DNA from: Macrostomum lignano
Taxonomy: Eukaryota
Direction: 5' to 3'
Length of the DNA stretch: 56,266 bases
Assembly (NCBI GenBank): GCA_002269645.1
Contig: NIVC01004185.1
Coordinates: forward strand, 1 to 56,266
The position numbers and the translations under genes were made by a program. How positions within the stretch are numbered: the stretch's first letter is position 1; every line of letters begins with the position of its first letter. Below the pieces are notes generated by a model that saw only the letters and a program-made list of their open reading frames with translations, was not told where the DNA came from and made no database searches. Shown in pieces: positions 43,804 to 56,266 of this stretch.

Positions 43804-44550
43804 TGTCAAATGGCGCCAATTAAGGATGTCAGATGGCGCTAATTAGGGATGTCAGATAGCGCTAATTATGGATGTCAAATAGCGCTAATTAGGGATGTCA
43901 GATGGCGCTAATTATGGATGTCAAATGGCGCTAGTTAGGATGTCAGATGGCGCTAATTAGAGATGTCAGATGGCGCTAATTATGGATGTCAAATGGCGCT
44001 AGTTAGGGATGTCAGATGGCGCTGATTAGGGATGTCAGATGGCGCTAATTATGGATGTCAGATGGCGCTAGTTAGGGATGTCAGATAGCGCTGATTAGAG
44101 ATGTCAGATGGCGCTAGTTAGAGATGTCAGATGGCGCTAGTTAGAGATGTCAGATGGCGCTAATTAGAGATGTCAGATGGCGCTAGTTAGATATGTCAGA
44201 TGGCGCTAGTTAGAAATGTCAGATGGCGCTAATTAGAGATGTCAGATGGCGCTAGTTAGAGATGTCAGATGGCGCTGATTAGGGATGTCAAATGGCGCTA
44301 ATTAGAGATGTCAGATGGCGCTGATTAGGGATGTCAGATGGCGCTGATTAGAGATGTCAGATGGCGCTGATTAGGGATGTCAGATGGCGCTGATTAGGGA
44401 TGTCAGATGGCGCTAATTAGAGATGTCAGATGGCGCTAGTTAGAAATGTCATGGCGCTAGTTAGAAATGTCAGATGGCGCTAGTTAGAAATGTCAGATGG
44501 CGCTAGTTAGAAATGTCAGATGGCGCTAGTTAGAGATGTCAGGAAGCGCC
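43804..44550. repeat. 23-bp minisatellite TGTCAGATGGCGCTAATTAGAGA, ~32 copies
   Basis: Direct tandem units. Confidence 0.93.
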
Positions 44551-44879
44551 AGTTTGGGGTATCGTCGGATTTTTGTGTTGTTTTTATTTTTATTTTCTGT
44601 TTTTTTGCCTCCTAATAGAATCAATCGTTTTAAAATAGCAATTTTATTTGCAATTTTTTAGCTGCCGCTTTATGCAACGTGGAGAGTAAGAAAAAAGTTG
44701 AAATTTTTTGCATGCGGCTTTAGAATTGTGTCGCATTTTTCCTATTTTTTCTTCTTTTTCTATTTTGTGTTTCTCGATTCTTTGAGCATGGATTTTTCTT
44801 CTTTCTGTGTCGCCTGTTTATTCTGGTTTGTTCTGATTTGCCTTATTCCTTTTTTGGTTTTTCAAACTCTAGGATAAAG

Positions 44880-45590
44880 GGGGTATTTAGACACTGTAGG
44901 CTATGGGGGTATTCAGACACTGTAGGATCAGGGGGTATTTAGACACTGTATAGGATCAGGGGGCATTTAGACACTGTATAGGATCAGGGGGCATTTAGAC
45001 ACTGTATAGGATCAGGGGGTATTTAGACACTGTATAGGATCAGGGGGTATTTAGACACTGTATAGGATCAGGGGGTATTTAGACACTGTAGGATCAGGGG
45101 GCATTTAGACACTGTATAGGATCAGGGGGTATTTAGACACTGTATAGGATCAGGGGGTATTTAGACACTGTAGGATCTGGGGGGCATTTAGACACTGTAT
45201 AGGATCAGGGGGTATTTAGACACTGTATAGGATCAGGGGGTATTTAGACACTGTATAGGATCAGGGGGTATTTAGACACTGTAGGATCAGGGGGCATTTA
45301 GACACTGTATAGGATCAGGGGGTATTTAGACACTGTATAGGATCAGGGGGCATTTAGACACTGTATAGGATCAGGGGGCATTTAGACACTGTATAGGATC
45401 AGGGGGCATTTAGACACTGTATAGGATCAGGGGGTATTTAGACACTGTAGGATCAGGGGGCATTTAGACACTGTATAGGATCAGGGGGTATTTAGACACT
45501 GTATAGGATCAGGGGGTATTTAGACACTGTAGGATCTGGGGGGCATTTAGACACTGTATAGGATCAGGGGGTATTTAGACACTGTATTTG
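44880..45590. repeat. 26/28-bp minisatellite ATTTAGACACTGTATAGGATCAGGGGGT
   Basis: Tandem units with variants that differ by a TA indel. Confidence 0.93.
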
Positions 45591-45595
45591 TCTTA

Positions 45596-45780
<185 letters not shown>

Positions 45781-46482
45781 CATTATCTATGCATGTCTAC
45801 AGATAGTCCTTACTAAGTATACGTTGAAATTAAGGGTTAGAAAGTGCAGTTGCTGTTACTGCCGATGGTAATTATGCGAAATTCTTCAACCAAATATTGA
45901 AAGGCAAAGAATGATTTGGCTGTCTTCAGTTTGTAACCTCTTCATAACTGTCTGTTCGTGTTGGCTTGTTGGTGTGGGGCCCAGCCAGTTCACTTGTTGA
46001 AAATATTCGACTTAAGTTTCACAGGTTTGAGGTACTGCCCTTGCCCGCGCATATGTTTATAGCATAAACATAGTATTAGTAAGTATGCTTGTATGCATAT
46101 CTAGCTTCCCCGGTTGATGTGTTATGCAATAAGTTTGTAAATGTTATTCCAACATCTTACAGCATCTTGTAATCTTGGTTTTATGCCACTCTCTCTGATG
46201 CATAACTTTTGTCAGAATCCTTTGCTAGCTTGACCTGTTCTAATGTTATGGAGGCTTTCGGGTCTGGGGAAAGATGTTACACATGTACCTGCACTGAATC
46301 TTGGCAGATACATTCACAAGAACGTGCTGCTTTAACACGTCTGCGTGTTTGTTTTATCAACCCTATTTTCTGGTAAAGGAATTAATATTTTTTAAGGCTG
46401 ATGTCAATATGTCTGACCTTTATTTTAGATTTTGTAGTTCCGCTATTTTTAATTAGTTTATAAAGTTTATAAAGCTGTGGTA

Positions 46483-47798
46483 CGAGGGGTGATCAAAAAG
46501 TTCTGCAACCTTTTGTTATAGCTTTTAGTTATAGAATCAGCAAAAGCCGAAAACTTACACATATGCGGCTATATCTGTTTGCTATATTTATATGCATTTT
46601 TGGCTTCCAAATGTGCTCCAGTAAAATTTCACAGCCATATATTTTCCATGTGTTTTCAGTAGCTGATGGAAACATCAAAAGACAGTGTTCGCTTCTATAT
46701 CTTTATGCGCATGCAACTTGGTTGCAAAGGGACAGAGATTCACACCATGTTTTGTGAATGTTTTAGCTGACTCTGCTCCATCATTTGACACGGTTGCCCG
46801 CTGGCTGCGCCATTTCTTGGAAGGCTGGGACAGCTTCAACGATGAACCGAGGTCTGGCCGACCCCGGACATCCGTGACCGAAGATGTCGTGGCCCATGCC
46901 GATGCAATAATTCGTGAGGATTGGAGCATTTTGCTGAGATTCATTGCCTATGAGCTTGGTGTCAGCTATGGAAGTGCTCATAACATCATGCATGAGCAAC
47001 TGGGCCGCACAAAGACCTGCGCTCGGTGGGTACCTCATCTTCTCACTCCGGAGCAGCAAGCAGAGAGGGTGCGCATCTGTCGCTTGTGGCTGCAAATTTT
47101 TGAGCCCCACGGCCCACGACGACTGTCGGATGTCATCATAGGAGACAAATGTTGGATCTCCTTTTACCATGAAGGATAAGCAGTCCAACATGGTCTGGCT
47201 AGCAGAAGATGAGCCAAGGCCTGAGGTGCTGAAGACCGGATTCCGCAGTCGGAAGCGGATGTTCACCATTTTTTTCAACTCTCAGGGTGTTGTATCGGTG
47301 AACATCCTTCCAGCGGGTGCCACAGTGACTGCCAGGTACTACACAGACATGTTCTGCCAGGCGTGCTGCAGGAGCGGCAGGAACGTGCGCGAACCAGGCA
47401 TGGACCTCGACTCCTGCTGCACCATGACAATGTGGCACCGCACAGAGCGGCATCAACCATGGCGTACCTGGAGCAGCAGGGGGTCCGGCTGCTGCCCCAT
47501 CCACCCTACTCTCTAGACCTAGCACCTTCCGACTTTTGGCTGTTCCCGAGGATCAAATCCGTCGTTTCTGGGAGGCCGTTTTCACGCATGCAAGACCTTG
47601 CCCAAGCGGTACATTCAGCTCTACAGGGTATACCAACTTCGGAGTACCATGACTGCTTTCAGACATGGTGCACACGGATGCGACGGTGCATAGATAGTGG
47701 TGGAAAGTACTTTAAGGGAATGTGACACTTATTAGACGCCTCGGCTGCTGCAGCACAGAGTTGTGAGGTCACTTGCAGAACTTTTTGATCACCCCTCG
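46483..47798 (+). mobile_element. Full-length mariner element with frameshifted transposase
   Basis: Perfect 26-bp TIR CGAGGGGTGATCAAAAAGTTCTGCAA, TA TSD, length 1316 bp. Transposase at 46666-47725 in pieces: EPRSGRP, RWVPHLLT, IGDKCW, LHHDN, PYSLDLAPSDFWLFP. Confidence 0.95.
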
Positions 47799-48534
47799 TA
47801 ATTGAGGCTGTGTGTGTGGCGACCCCCCTCCCCAGTCCTTAGACTGAACAGCCGTACGCAGCCTTCAGATGCGCCGCGCAATAGCTGCGGCTGAGCTGTC
47901 GGTTGCACATCTGCTCATTAGGGCAGGTTTAATCAAATAAAAAATTAGGATTTATTAGGTTTGTAAGATTATGCCGCGAAGTTGTGAATCCAATTTTTCC
48001 AATTTTCACGCTGTACATAACAACTTTTTAAGTCTGGTAATTTTGGACAAAATAAATTATTAGAAATCGACAATTGGAGTGGGTTTTTACTGGGGACGTG
48101 GGGAGTTGGTCAGCAGGAAAGCTAAAGCTTTCTACTATATTTTTTGTGGTATTACGTAATCACATATACTCGTAGAATAAGGCCGCCGACACACGCAAGC
48201 CTCCCAGAGAGTGATCCCAGATCCCGTCACAACAGAAGCTCACGCAATGCAATCACTTGAGCTGACATTAGTTCTGGGGTTGTGGCTGAGTGAGTCCGCG
48301 TGTGTGTTTTTTGTCTTCTCATTGTGTATTCTGTCTCTTTTTGTCTTATTTCTAGTCATGATTCTATGACTAGATCATGACTAGTCACGATTCCATATGG
48401 TGGTTTCCAAAGTGAGGACAGACTTATTGATTATCTCCATGTGTCACGTTGAATCTGTCTCAAAAATTGTTATTTTAATCTTTAAATATCTTCCAATGAG
48501 TTTTTTGACATGAAACAATAAACTTAAGATTGAG

Positions 48535-49020
48535 TTTGTAAAGTTGTCGGTTTGTGAAGTTTGGGGTTTGTGAAGTTTGGGGTTTGTGAAGTTTGGGGTT
48601 TGTGAAGTTTGGGTGTTGTGAAGTTTGGGGTTTGTGAAGTTTGGGGTTTGTGAAGTTTGGGGTTTGTGAAGTTTGGGGTTTGTGAAGTTTGGGTGTTGTG
48701 AAGTTTGGGGTTTGTGAAGTTTGGGGTTTGTGAAGTTTGGGGTTTGTGAAGTTTGGGGTTTGTGAAGTTTAGGGTTTGTGAAGTTTGGGTTTGTGAAGTT
48801 TGGGGTTTGTGAAGTAAGGGGTTTGTGAAGTTTGAGGGTTGTGAAGTTTGGGGTTTGTGAAGTTTGAGGGTTGTGAAGTTTGGGGTTTGTGAAGTTTAGG
48901 GTTTGTGAAGTTTGGGGTTTGTGTAGATTGGGGTTTGTGAAGATTGGATTTGTGAAGATTGGGTTTGTGAAGTTGTCGGTGTGTGAAGTTTATTTAGAGT
49001 TTGTGAAGCTTTTTAGATCT
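48535..49020. repeat. 16-bp minisatellite TTTGGGGTTTGTGAAG
   Basis: About 27 tandem units. Confidence 0.93.
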
Positions 49021-49619
49021 GTGAAAAATTAGTGTCTGTGAGAGCGCCTCCATTCATGACATTGAATTCTGCATACTTTGCGTAAAATGGCTTTTCTCTA
49101 CACTGAGCAACAACACTCACTCCATGCTCGTAAAACCTCTTTATACTTCTTGCATGAAAATCAATTTTTCAGTCTTCGCATACTTAAAAAACTAATTTTG
49201 TGGCCTGTCAACTTGAAAGCTCTCTTGGCTTAATGTAGTAGAGTTGAGGGCTAAAATGCATTTACACTAGCGTGTGTATGTATGTGTGTATGTAAGTATT
49301 CTTCATCTTGGAAAAAGCAATAGATCTTTTTAGTTAGTTTGATTGATTTAACTGTCTATTTAATCTAGAAGGATTTCTTGGGAGTTTTCAGTGGATGCTA
49401 TATTTACTAAAGGCCTAGTAGACTCTATCCTGCTCAACCTGGAAGTCAGGGAAATACTTTTCTACTCAGTTCAACTTTATCTAGCCAATGCATTGAACTC
49501 ATTCTAGCGTAAATTTCTAATCAATTCTGGTAGACAGCGAATTCCACTGGTTTCTGGGTTTCTTATCTGTGCTCTTCTTTAGGCTCTGACTGCTTCTTTT
49601 TCTTTTTCTGTTTTCTTCT

Positions 49620-51110
<1,491 letters not shown>

Positions 51111-51568
51111 ATATTCTCAGCATTTATTCTGCATCAACATTTCTATTGTTTCTTGACACCCTGTACTTTTTATTACACTTTTTACTTTTACTCTTTTGCT
51201 TATCGTACAATTGCTCTTTTTTAAGTTTTTGAGGGCCTTTCACCTTATTTATTTATTTATTGATTTACTGCTTATTTATTTATTGAGGTCAATTTTGTAA
51301 AGTGCTTAGAGTCACTCTTTCCCCTTTTTAGACACCGGTGCAGTCGCACTATTCCATTATTTATTTCGTGTGTAGGATCGCTGCAGCCCACGTGCGGTTC
51401 ACTTTATTTGTGCACTGTTTTTTATTTTGCATTTTCAACTCTAATAGTGTTTTATCGACTCACACCAAGTGTACATACCGTACGCTCTCTATCTACCTGC
51501 CTACTCTCTCTCCCCTCTAACCCGCCTATTTAATAACTTTTACAACACCACTTGTCGCTACTTTTCAT

Positions 51569-51609
51569 TTGCCCTGACGAAGAATTTACCTAATTCGAAA
51601 TATCGGCAA
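51569..51609 (+). ncRNA. Minimal type I hammerhead ribozyme
   Basis: Stem I TTGCC/GGCAA; core CTGACGA; extra A then stem II GAATT-tacct-AATTC; GAAA; palindromic stem III ATAT; predicted cleavage after AUC at 51604. Confidence 0.88.
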
Positions 51610-51736
51610 CTTAAATCATCTTGACTTGTTTGTCCTTTTTACATGTACCGCGTCCGTGCCTGAGATTGGAGGCGCCCTCCTCTCTCTCTCTCTCTCCCTC
51701 TCTCTTTGGCCAGCACCGGTAATTCATTTGGACGAC

Positions 51737-53933
51737 ATGAGCTCAGCAACTAACTTCCGTCAGCAACGTCAGTGGTTCAACAGTCGGAGACGCATTGGAC
51801 GTCAAGCTGAACCTCAGAGAAACAGTGAACGACCTGAAAGGCCCAGACAGCCTGCCACTCTGCCCCCGCCAAGACCACAGCAACAGCCCTTTAGCAACCA
51901 AGTCGCGGCAGCGTGCAAGGGACTGTGCAGGATCCACCACCATCTGCAGAACTGGTCTCGCCCGGCAGCTCCAGTGACAGTCCGAAGGAAGGCAGATAGC
52001 CTGACCTTATTCCTCTGTCCAGCGTTCCAGAGCAAGGAGACTCACCAGCGCTTTGAATCCAACGCCCTACAGTGGCTGGTGCACACAACGGCGGACATGA
52101 GGACGCATTACGGCACGCAGTTCGCAGCGGTGGCCGAGAAGTTGGAGCAGCTTCGACTATCTGGCCCGGTGGATGAATTCAAGACCGGCTGGCTCATAGG
52201 CATCCGGTGGCCGCCAACAAGATTGGCAGAGCCTGGAGTCCCCGCATCCTTGACGGTGTGATGGAGCGCCTGCACACCATGGGTTCAAGGCACTGGCTGG
52301 CTGTTTGAGTGAACCGGATACGCAGCTCCAGGCCACGACGCATTCCCAAGCTTCGACCGCTGCCCCACCTACGTCCAGTTCATTGGCTTCCATCATCGAG
52401 GAGGCGTCGGAGGAGCTCATGTCCACCTTCGTGACTGGAGCTAACGCGCCAGCGGCCTCAACGGCGGCCTCGTCGGCGACCGCGCCGGCGGCTTCATCGG
52501 CGGCTTCGTCGGCGACCGCGCCGGCGGCTTCATCGGCGGTGACTGCGCCGGCGGCTTCATCGGTGGCTTCGTCGGCGGCTCGTCGGCTTCATCGGCGGCT
52601 TCGTCGGCGACCGCGCCGGCGGCTTCATCGGTGGCTTCGTCGGCGGCCTCGTCGGCGACCGCGCTGGCGGCTTCATCGGTGGCTTCGTCGGCGGCCTCGT
52701 CGGCGACTGCGCCGGCGCCTCGTCGGCGACCGCGCCGGCGGCTTCATCGGCGGCTTCGTTGGCGGCCTCGTCGGCGACCGCGCCGGCGGCTTCATCGGCG
52801 GCTTCGTCGGCGGCCTCGTCGGCGACCACGCCGGCGGCTTCATCGGCGGCTTCGTCGGCGGCCTCGTCGGCGACCGCGCCGGCGGCTTCATCGGCGGCTT
52901 CGTCGGCGGCCTCGTCGGCGACCGCGCCGGCGGCTTCATCGGCGGCTTCGTCGGCGGCCTCGTCGGCGGCCTCGTCGGCGACCGCGCCGGCGGCTTCATC
53001 GGCGGCTTCGTCGGCGGCCTCGTCGGCGACCGCGCCGGCGGCTTCATCGGCGGCTTCGTCGGCGGCCTCGTCGGCGACTGCGCCGGCGGTTTCATCGGCG
53101 GCGACTGTACCGGCGGCTTCATCGGCGGCCTCGTCAGCTTCGACGGCTTATGAAGAGAACTCTACGGCGCCATCCGCACAGGACTGTGCCTCAATTGAGA
53201 CTCCGACAAACAGGGAGGTATCCCTCCCCATGACTACGTCTACTGGTGTCCCAGAGACTGTCACCGCCCGGACAAGCGAAGATGCCGCTGACTCTGGAAC
53301 CCCGGCGGCCACCAGGAAGAGGCCCCCATCTGCTTCTCCGGATTCCGGGAGCCTCATGCAACCGTCGAAGACTGCCAGAAGCTTACGGGAGAACAAAGTC
53401 ATCTACCACCACGGAGCCAAGAAGCACTGGAAGCTGAGGTCAAAGCAGAAGCCCACTCTGGTGATCGCTGACCAGAACGTGGAATTCGTGAAGCTGGCCT
53501 CGCCAGACCTAGAGGTGCACTGCTTCCCGGGCCTCACGCTGGACTACCTGAAGAACATCAGCAAGGTGGAGAATGCGAGTCCCGACACGGGCCGCGTCAT
53601 CGTCTGGGCCGGCAACAACGACCTCCACCGTGAGAGCTTCGACTTCTCCATCGCCAAGCTCTGGAAGATGAGCCTGACCAACATCAGGAAGGCTTTCCCC
53701 GGCGCGTCAATCTGGGTGGTGCAGACCGTGTGCCCCCCGATGCGCCGGCGCTCCAGAAGAGTAACTGTCGCAAGACGAACCAGCTCCTGAGCAGCTACCG
53801 ATCTGTCAGCCTGATCTCGCTGGACACCAAGGTCCTGACATTCCGACGGGACCAGATCAGCCTGGAGCGACAGTCTGCTGATGGGGCGTTCGCCGTCACC
53901 CTGGAGACGGTGGGCGACCTTCCAAAAAACTGA
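51737..53933 (+). pseudogene. PLE ORF1: helical N-domain, Ala/Ser-rich repeat linker and SGNH-like domain (several 1-nt frameshifts in this sequence)
   Basis: ATG at 51737. Pieces rejoin by restoring single bases in short runs (near 52210, 52285, 52570, 52720 and 53740). SGNH-like blocks LVIADQN, VHCFPG and IVWAGNND; ends PKN-stop. Confidence 0.7.
52440..53150 (+). repeat. GC-rich coding tandem repeat (~48-bp unit, ASSATAPAASSAASSA)
   Basis: Repeated GCGGCTTCATCGGCG / GCCTCGTCGGCG modules within ORF1. Confidence 0.88.
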
Positions 53934-53964
53934 GCGGGCCGGGGGCGAGCCATGGGCCCCCCCA
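53924..53964 (+). promoter_or_regulatory. Candidate -1 programmed ribosomal frameshift signal
   Basis: In-phase heptamer A AAA AAC (53924-53930) directly before the ORF1 TGA, a 5-nt spacer, then GC-rich pairing potential (GGGCC/GGCCC or GGGGGC/GCCCCC). The -1 frame is open into the RT. Confidence 0.65.
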
Positions 53965-56159
53965 ACTGAGGGTGACGAACCTCTCCAGCCGCGCTCTCGC
54001 ACCGACTGAACTGCAACTGCTGGAGCGCGGCCAGTCCTTCGTAGTGGCTCCTCGGTGCACCTCGGCGGAGTCACTGGCGTCCGGCGTCCGCGACTTTGGC
54101 GAGCGTCTGGCCGTGTCGGCGGCTCGCGGCTTCAAGCGCGAACTGACGGTGAACGACGGTCCGCCGCTTCCCCGCCGCCCAACGGCCAGCATCGATCCGA
54201 GCCGCCTCCGGCCCGAAATTCAAGCCGCTCTGGCGGAGCTGGACGACGTCAGGGAGAACATCCGGGACTGCAGGAACGCTCCTAACATCAGTCAGGCGGA
54301 GGCGAAGGCACTGCGAGATCTACGGGCAGACAAGTCCATCGTCATCAAGCCGGCCGACAAGGGCAGCCAGCTGGTCATCCTGGACCGGCAGGACTATGTC
54401 CGTGAATGCCTGCGTCAGCTGGACGACCCGGCCTTCTACCGTCCTCTGAACGAGCCGATCAACCGCTTCACGGCCCAGAGAATCCGCGCCGTCTTCCAGT
54501 CGCTACTGGACCGCAGGCTTATCGACAAACGCCAGTTCACCGCCTTCTGTCCGAAGGAGGAGTTCCGGACGCGACGCTTTTACATCCTGCCAAAGATTCA
54601 CAAGCCTGCCGAGTCGTGGCCGCTCGGCGACATCCCGCCAGGCCGGCCCATCGTGTCTGACGTGGACAGCGAATCATATGCCAGCGGCCGCTTCATCGAC
54701 AGCTTCCTGCAGCCGATCGTCATCCAGCTGCCCAGCTTCATCAGGGATACCGATCATTTCCAGGCGGCCATCAGAGACATCACCTGCCGGCGCGGGGCGA
54801 GACCTTTCTGTTCACCATGGACGTCGCCAGCCTTTACACTAACATCCCGACCGACGCGGCCGGACTCGAGTGCGTACAGAGGGCCTTCAGAGAGCACCCG
54901 GACGCCCGGCGCCCGGACGCGAGCCTCCTCAGTTTGCTCAAGCTGAACCTGGAGCGCAACGACTTCGAGTTCGATGGCAAATTTTTTCTGCAAGTGAAAG
55001 GCACGGCCATGGAAAATCGTTTGCGCCCAGCTACAGTAACATCTACATGGGCTACTGGGAGCAGCGGGGCCTGGAGCTCAGCCCGCAGAAGCCCGCCCTG
55101 TGGCTGCGCTACATCGACGACATCTTCGGCGTCTGGCACGGAACGAGAGACGAGCTGGTCCGCTTCCACGAGCTCCTGGATGGCCTCGACCCGAACATCA
55201 GGTTGCAGCTGAGCTACAGCAGCACCGAGGTCAACTTCCTGGTCTTCTGGGACCGCGAGGGTGACGTTAAGCGCCTGGCAACTAAGGTGTATTTTAAGCC
55301 GACCGACAGCCGAACGCTCATTCACCGCGACTCTTTCCACCCGAAGCGGACGTTCCGGGGCGTGGTGAAGTCCCAGCTCCTCAGATACGCCGGCGGTGTT
55401 CCCTGATGGCCGATTTCGACGCAGCGTGCACCGGGCTGTTTTCAAGTCTGGTGCAACACCAGGGCTACAATCGGCGGTTCCTGCGCACGATCAAGTACGA
55501 GATGCTGACGGAGCTGGGCTTCTACCCGACGAGACGGTGAATTCGGCTTTCTGCCGTGCAACCCGACCCGGCTGTGCAGGTGCTGCCAGGCACACGCCAG
55601 GTTCGCCTCCGTCTGCCCCGGATCAGCAGCCACGACAGTCCAGCTCATCATCAGTCAGCGGATCGACTGCAACGCCACCAACGCCGTCTATGCCGTGTTC
55701 TGCCGCCGGTGCGACCACACGATCTACGTAGGCGAGACCGCCAACAGCATCCGCGGCCGCATGCTGGCGCACATCGGCGACATCCGGCACGCCGTGACAC
55801 TCCGGTGGCCCGCCATTTCACCAGTGATGGCCACAGTCTGGCGGACTTCGCCTTCACCGGCATCTGGTCTCGTGACGGCACGGGACCCAGAGCGAACGAG
55901 CGGCGGCAGCGCCACGAGGCCAAGCTCATCGAGGTGTTAAAGACTCAAACCCCGCACGGCGTCAACGAGCTTGCCGCACGCTGCACAACCCGGCCATCCC
56001 GCTGATCCTGCCCCATTGTGCGAGGTCGGACGCCCTGGTGGCCGCGGTGAAGGACCGCGTGGCCCGGTGCTGCGAGGCGCCGGTGCTGCCCGCCTACACC
56101 AAAGGCGGAACCTCCGGCAGCTGCTCTGTCCCAGTCGACTGGAGTCCACCACTGATTGA
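53930..56159 (+). pseudogene. PLE ORF2: reverse transcriptase plus GIY-YIG endonuclease (frameshifted in this sequence)
   Basis: VTNLSSRALAPTELQLLERG, IKPADKG, FYILPKIHK, GRPIVS, RT motifs A/B/C, thumb KPTDS...SFHP...SQLLRY, GIY-YIG, and a C-terminal IPLILP...AYTKGRNLRQLL segment. Confidence 0.88.
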
Positions 56160-56266
56160 ATTTGTATTTTTTCCTTTTGATTTTTTACTTCACTTCCCTT
56201 CTACTTACCTTTGTCAGACCGTGCGGTACCTACCAAGCCTTTTGTTGCTCCTTTCTTAGAAATTTT

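Larger units (their letters stand above)
51111..56266 (+). mobile_element. Penelope-like retroelement (Neptune-type Cys linker), two ORFs, 3' end beyond the window
   Basis: RT motifs FTMDVASLYTNIP, GTAMG...APSYSNIYMG and WLRYIDDIFGVW; Cys linker PCNPTRLCRCC; GIY-YIG endonuclease VYAVFCRRC...IYVGET with CCHH residues and GVNE; hammerhead ribozyme upstream. The 5' boundary is approximate (it abuts the CT tract). Confidence 0.9.

Noticed and set aside
48170-48300. Possible further ARHGAP39 exon
   Set aside because: All frames from the candidate acceptor hit stops before a donor, and there is no recognisable homology.
52305-53233. Arg-rich (RRRPRRRLH) and Gly-rich (GGFIGG) ORFs
   Set aside because: Alternative frames of the GC-rich repeat. 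The Ala/Ser frame is the one continuous with the flanking ORF1 domains.
55385-55540. In-frame TGA codons in PLE ORF2 as possible selenocysteine (reported for some Naiad PLEs)
   Set aside because: Each TGA appears only after a 1-nt frameshift. In the corrected frame there is no stop and the Cys codons are ordinary.

Overview
This is animal (probably invertebrate) genomic DNA with short GT-AG introns and many repeats; the species cannot be established from the sequence. Host genes: a minus-strand tandem cluster of three ankyrin-kinase paralogues that share the same two-exon C-terminal kinase cassette. One of them is predicted to be a pseudokinase-helical-ANK-kinase tandem kinase. Also present are an intronless class A GPCR, a coiled-coil/NHL gene head-to-head with an intronless PLBD1, and 5' exons of ARHGAP39. 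Mobile DNA: a Ty3/Gypsy integrase plus 3' LTR, a THAP-encoding P/Galileo-like element with ~150-bp TIRs, two mariners, a hAT MITE and several mini/microsatellites. The most unusual object is a Penelope-like retroelement at the right end. It carries a minimal hammerhead ribozyme, a separate ORF1 with a catalytically dead SGNH fold, and a retrovirus-style -1 frameshift signal (A AAA AAC, stop, GC-rich structure) joining ORF1 to the RT. Its GIY-YIG endonuclease appears inserted inside the RT thumb/linker. Exon models, alignments and RNA folds were all worked out by eye; no searches were run.
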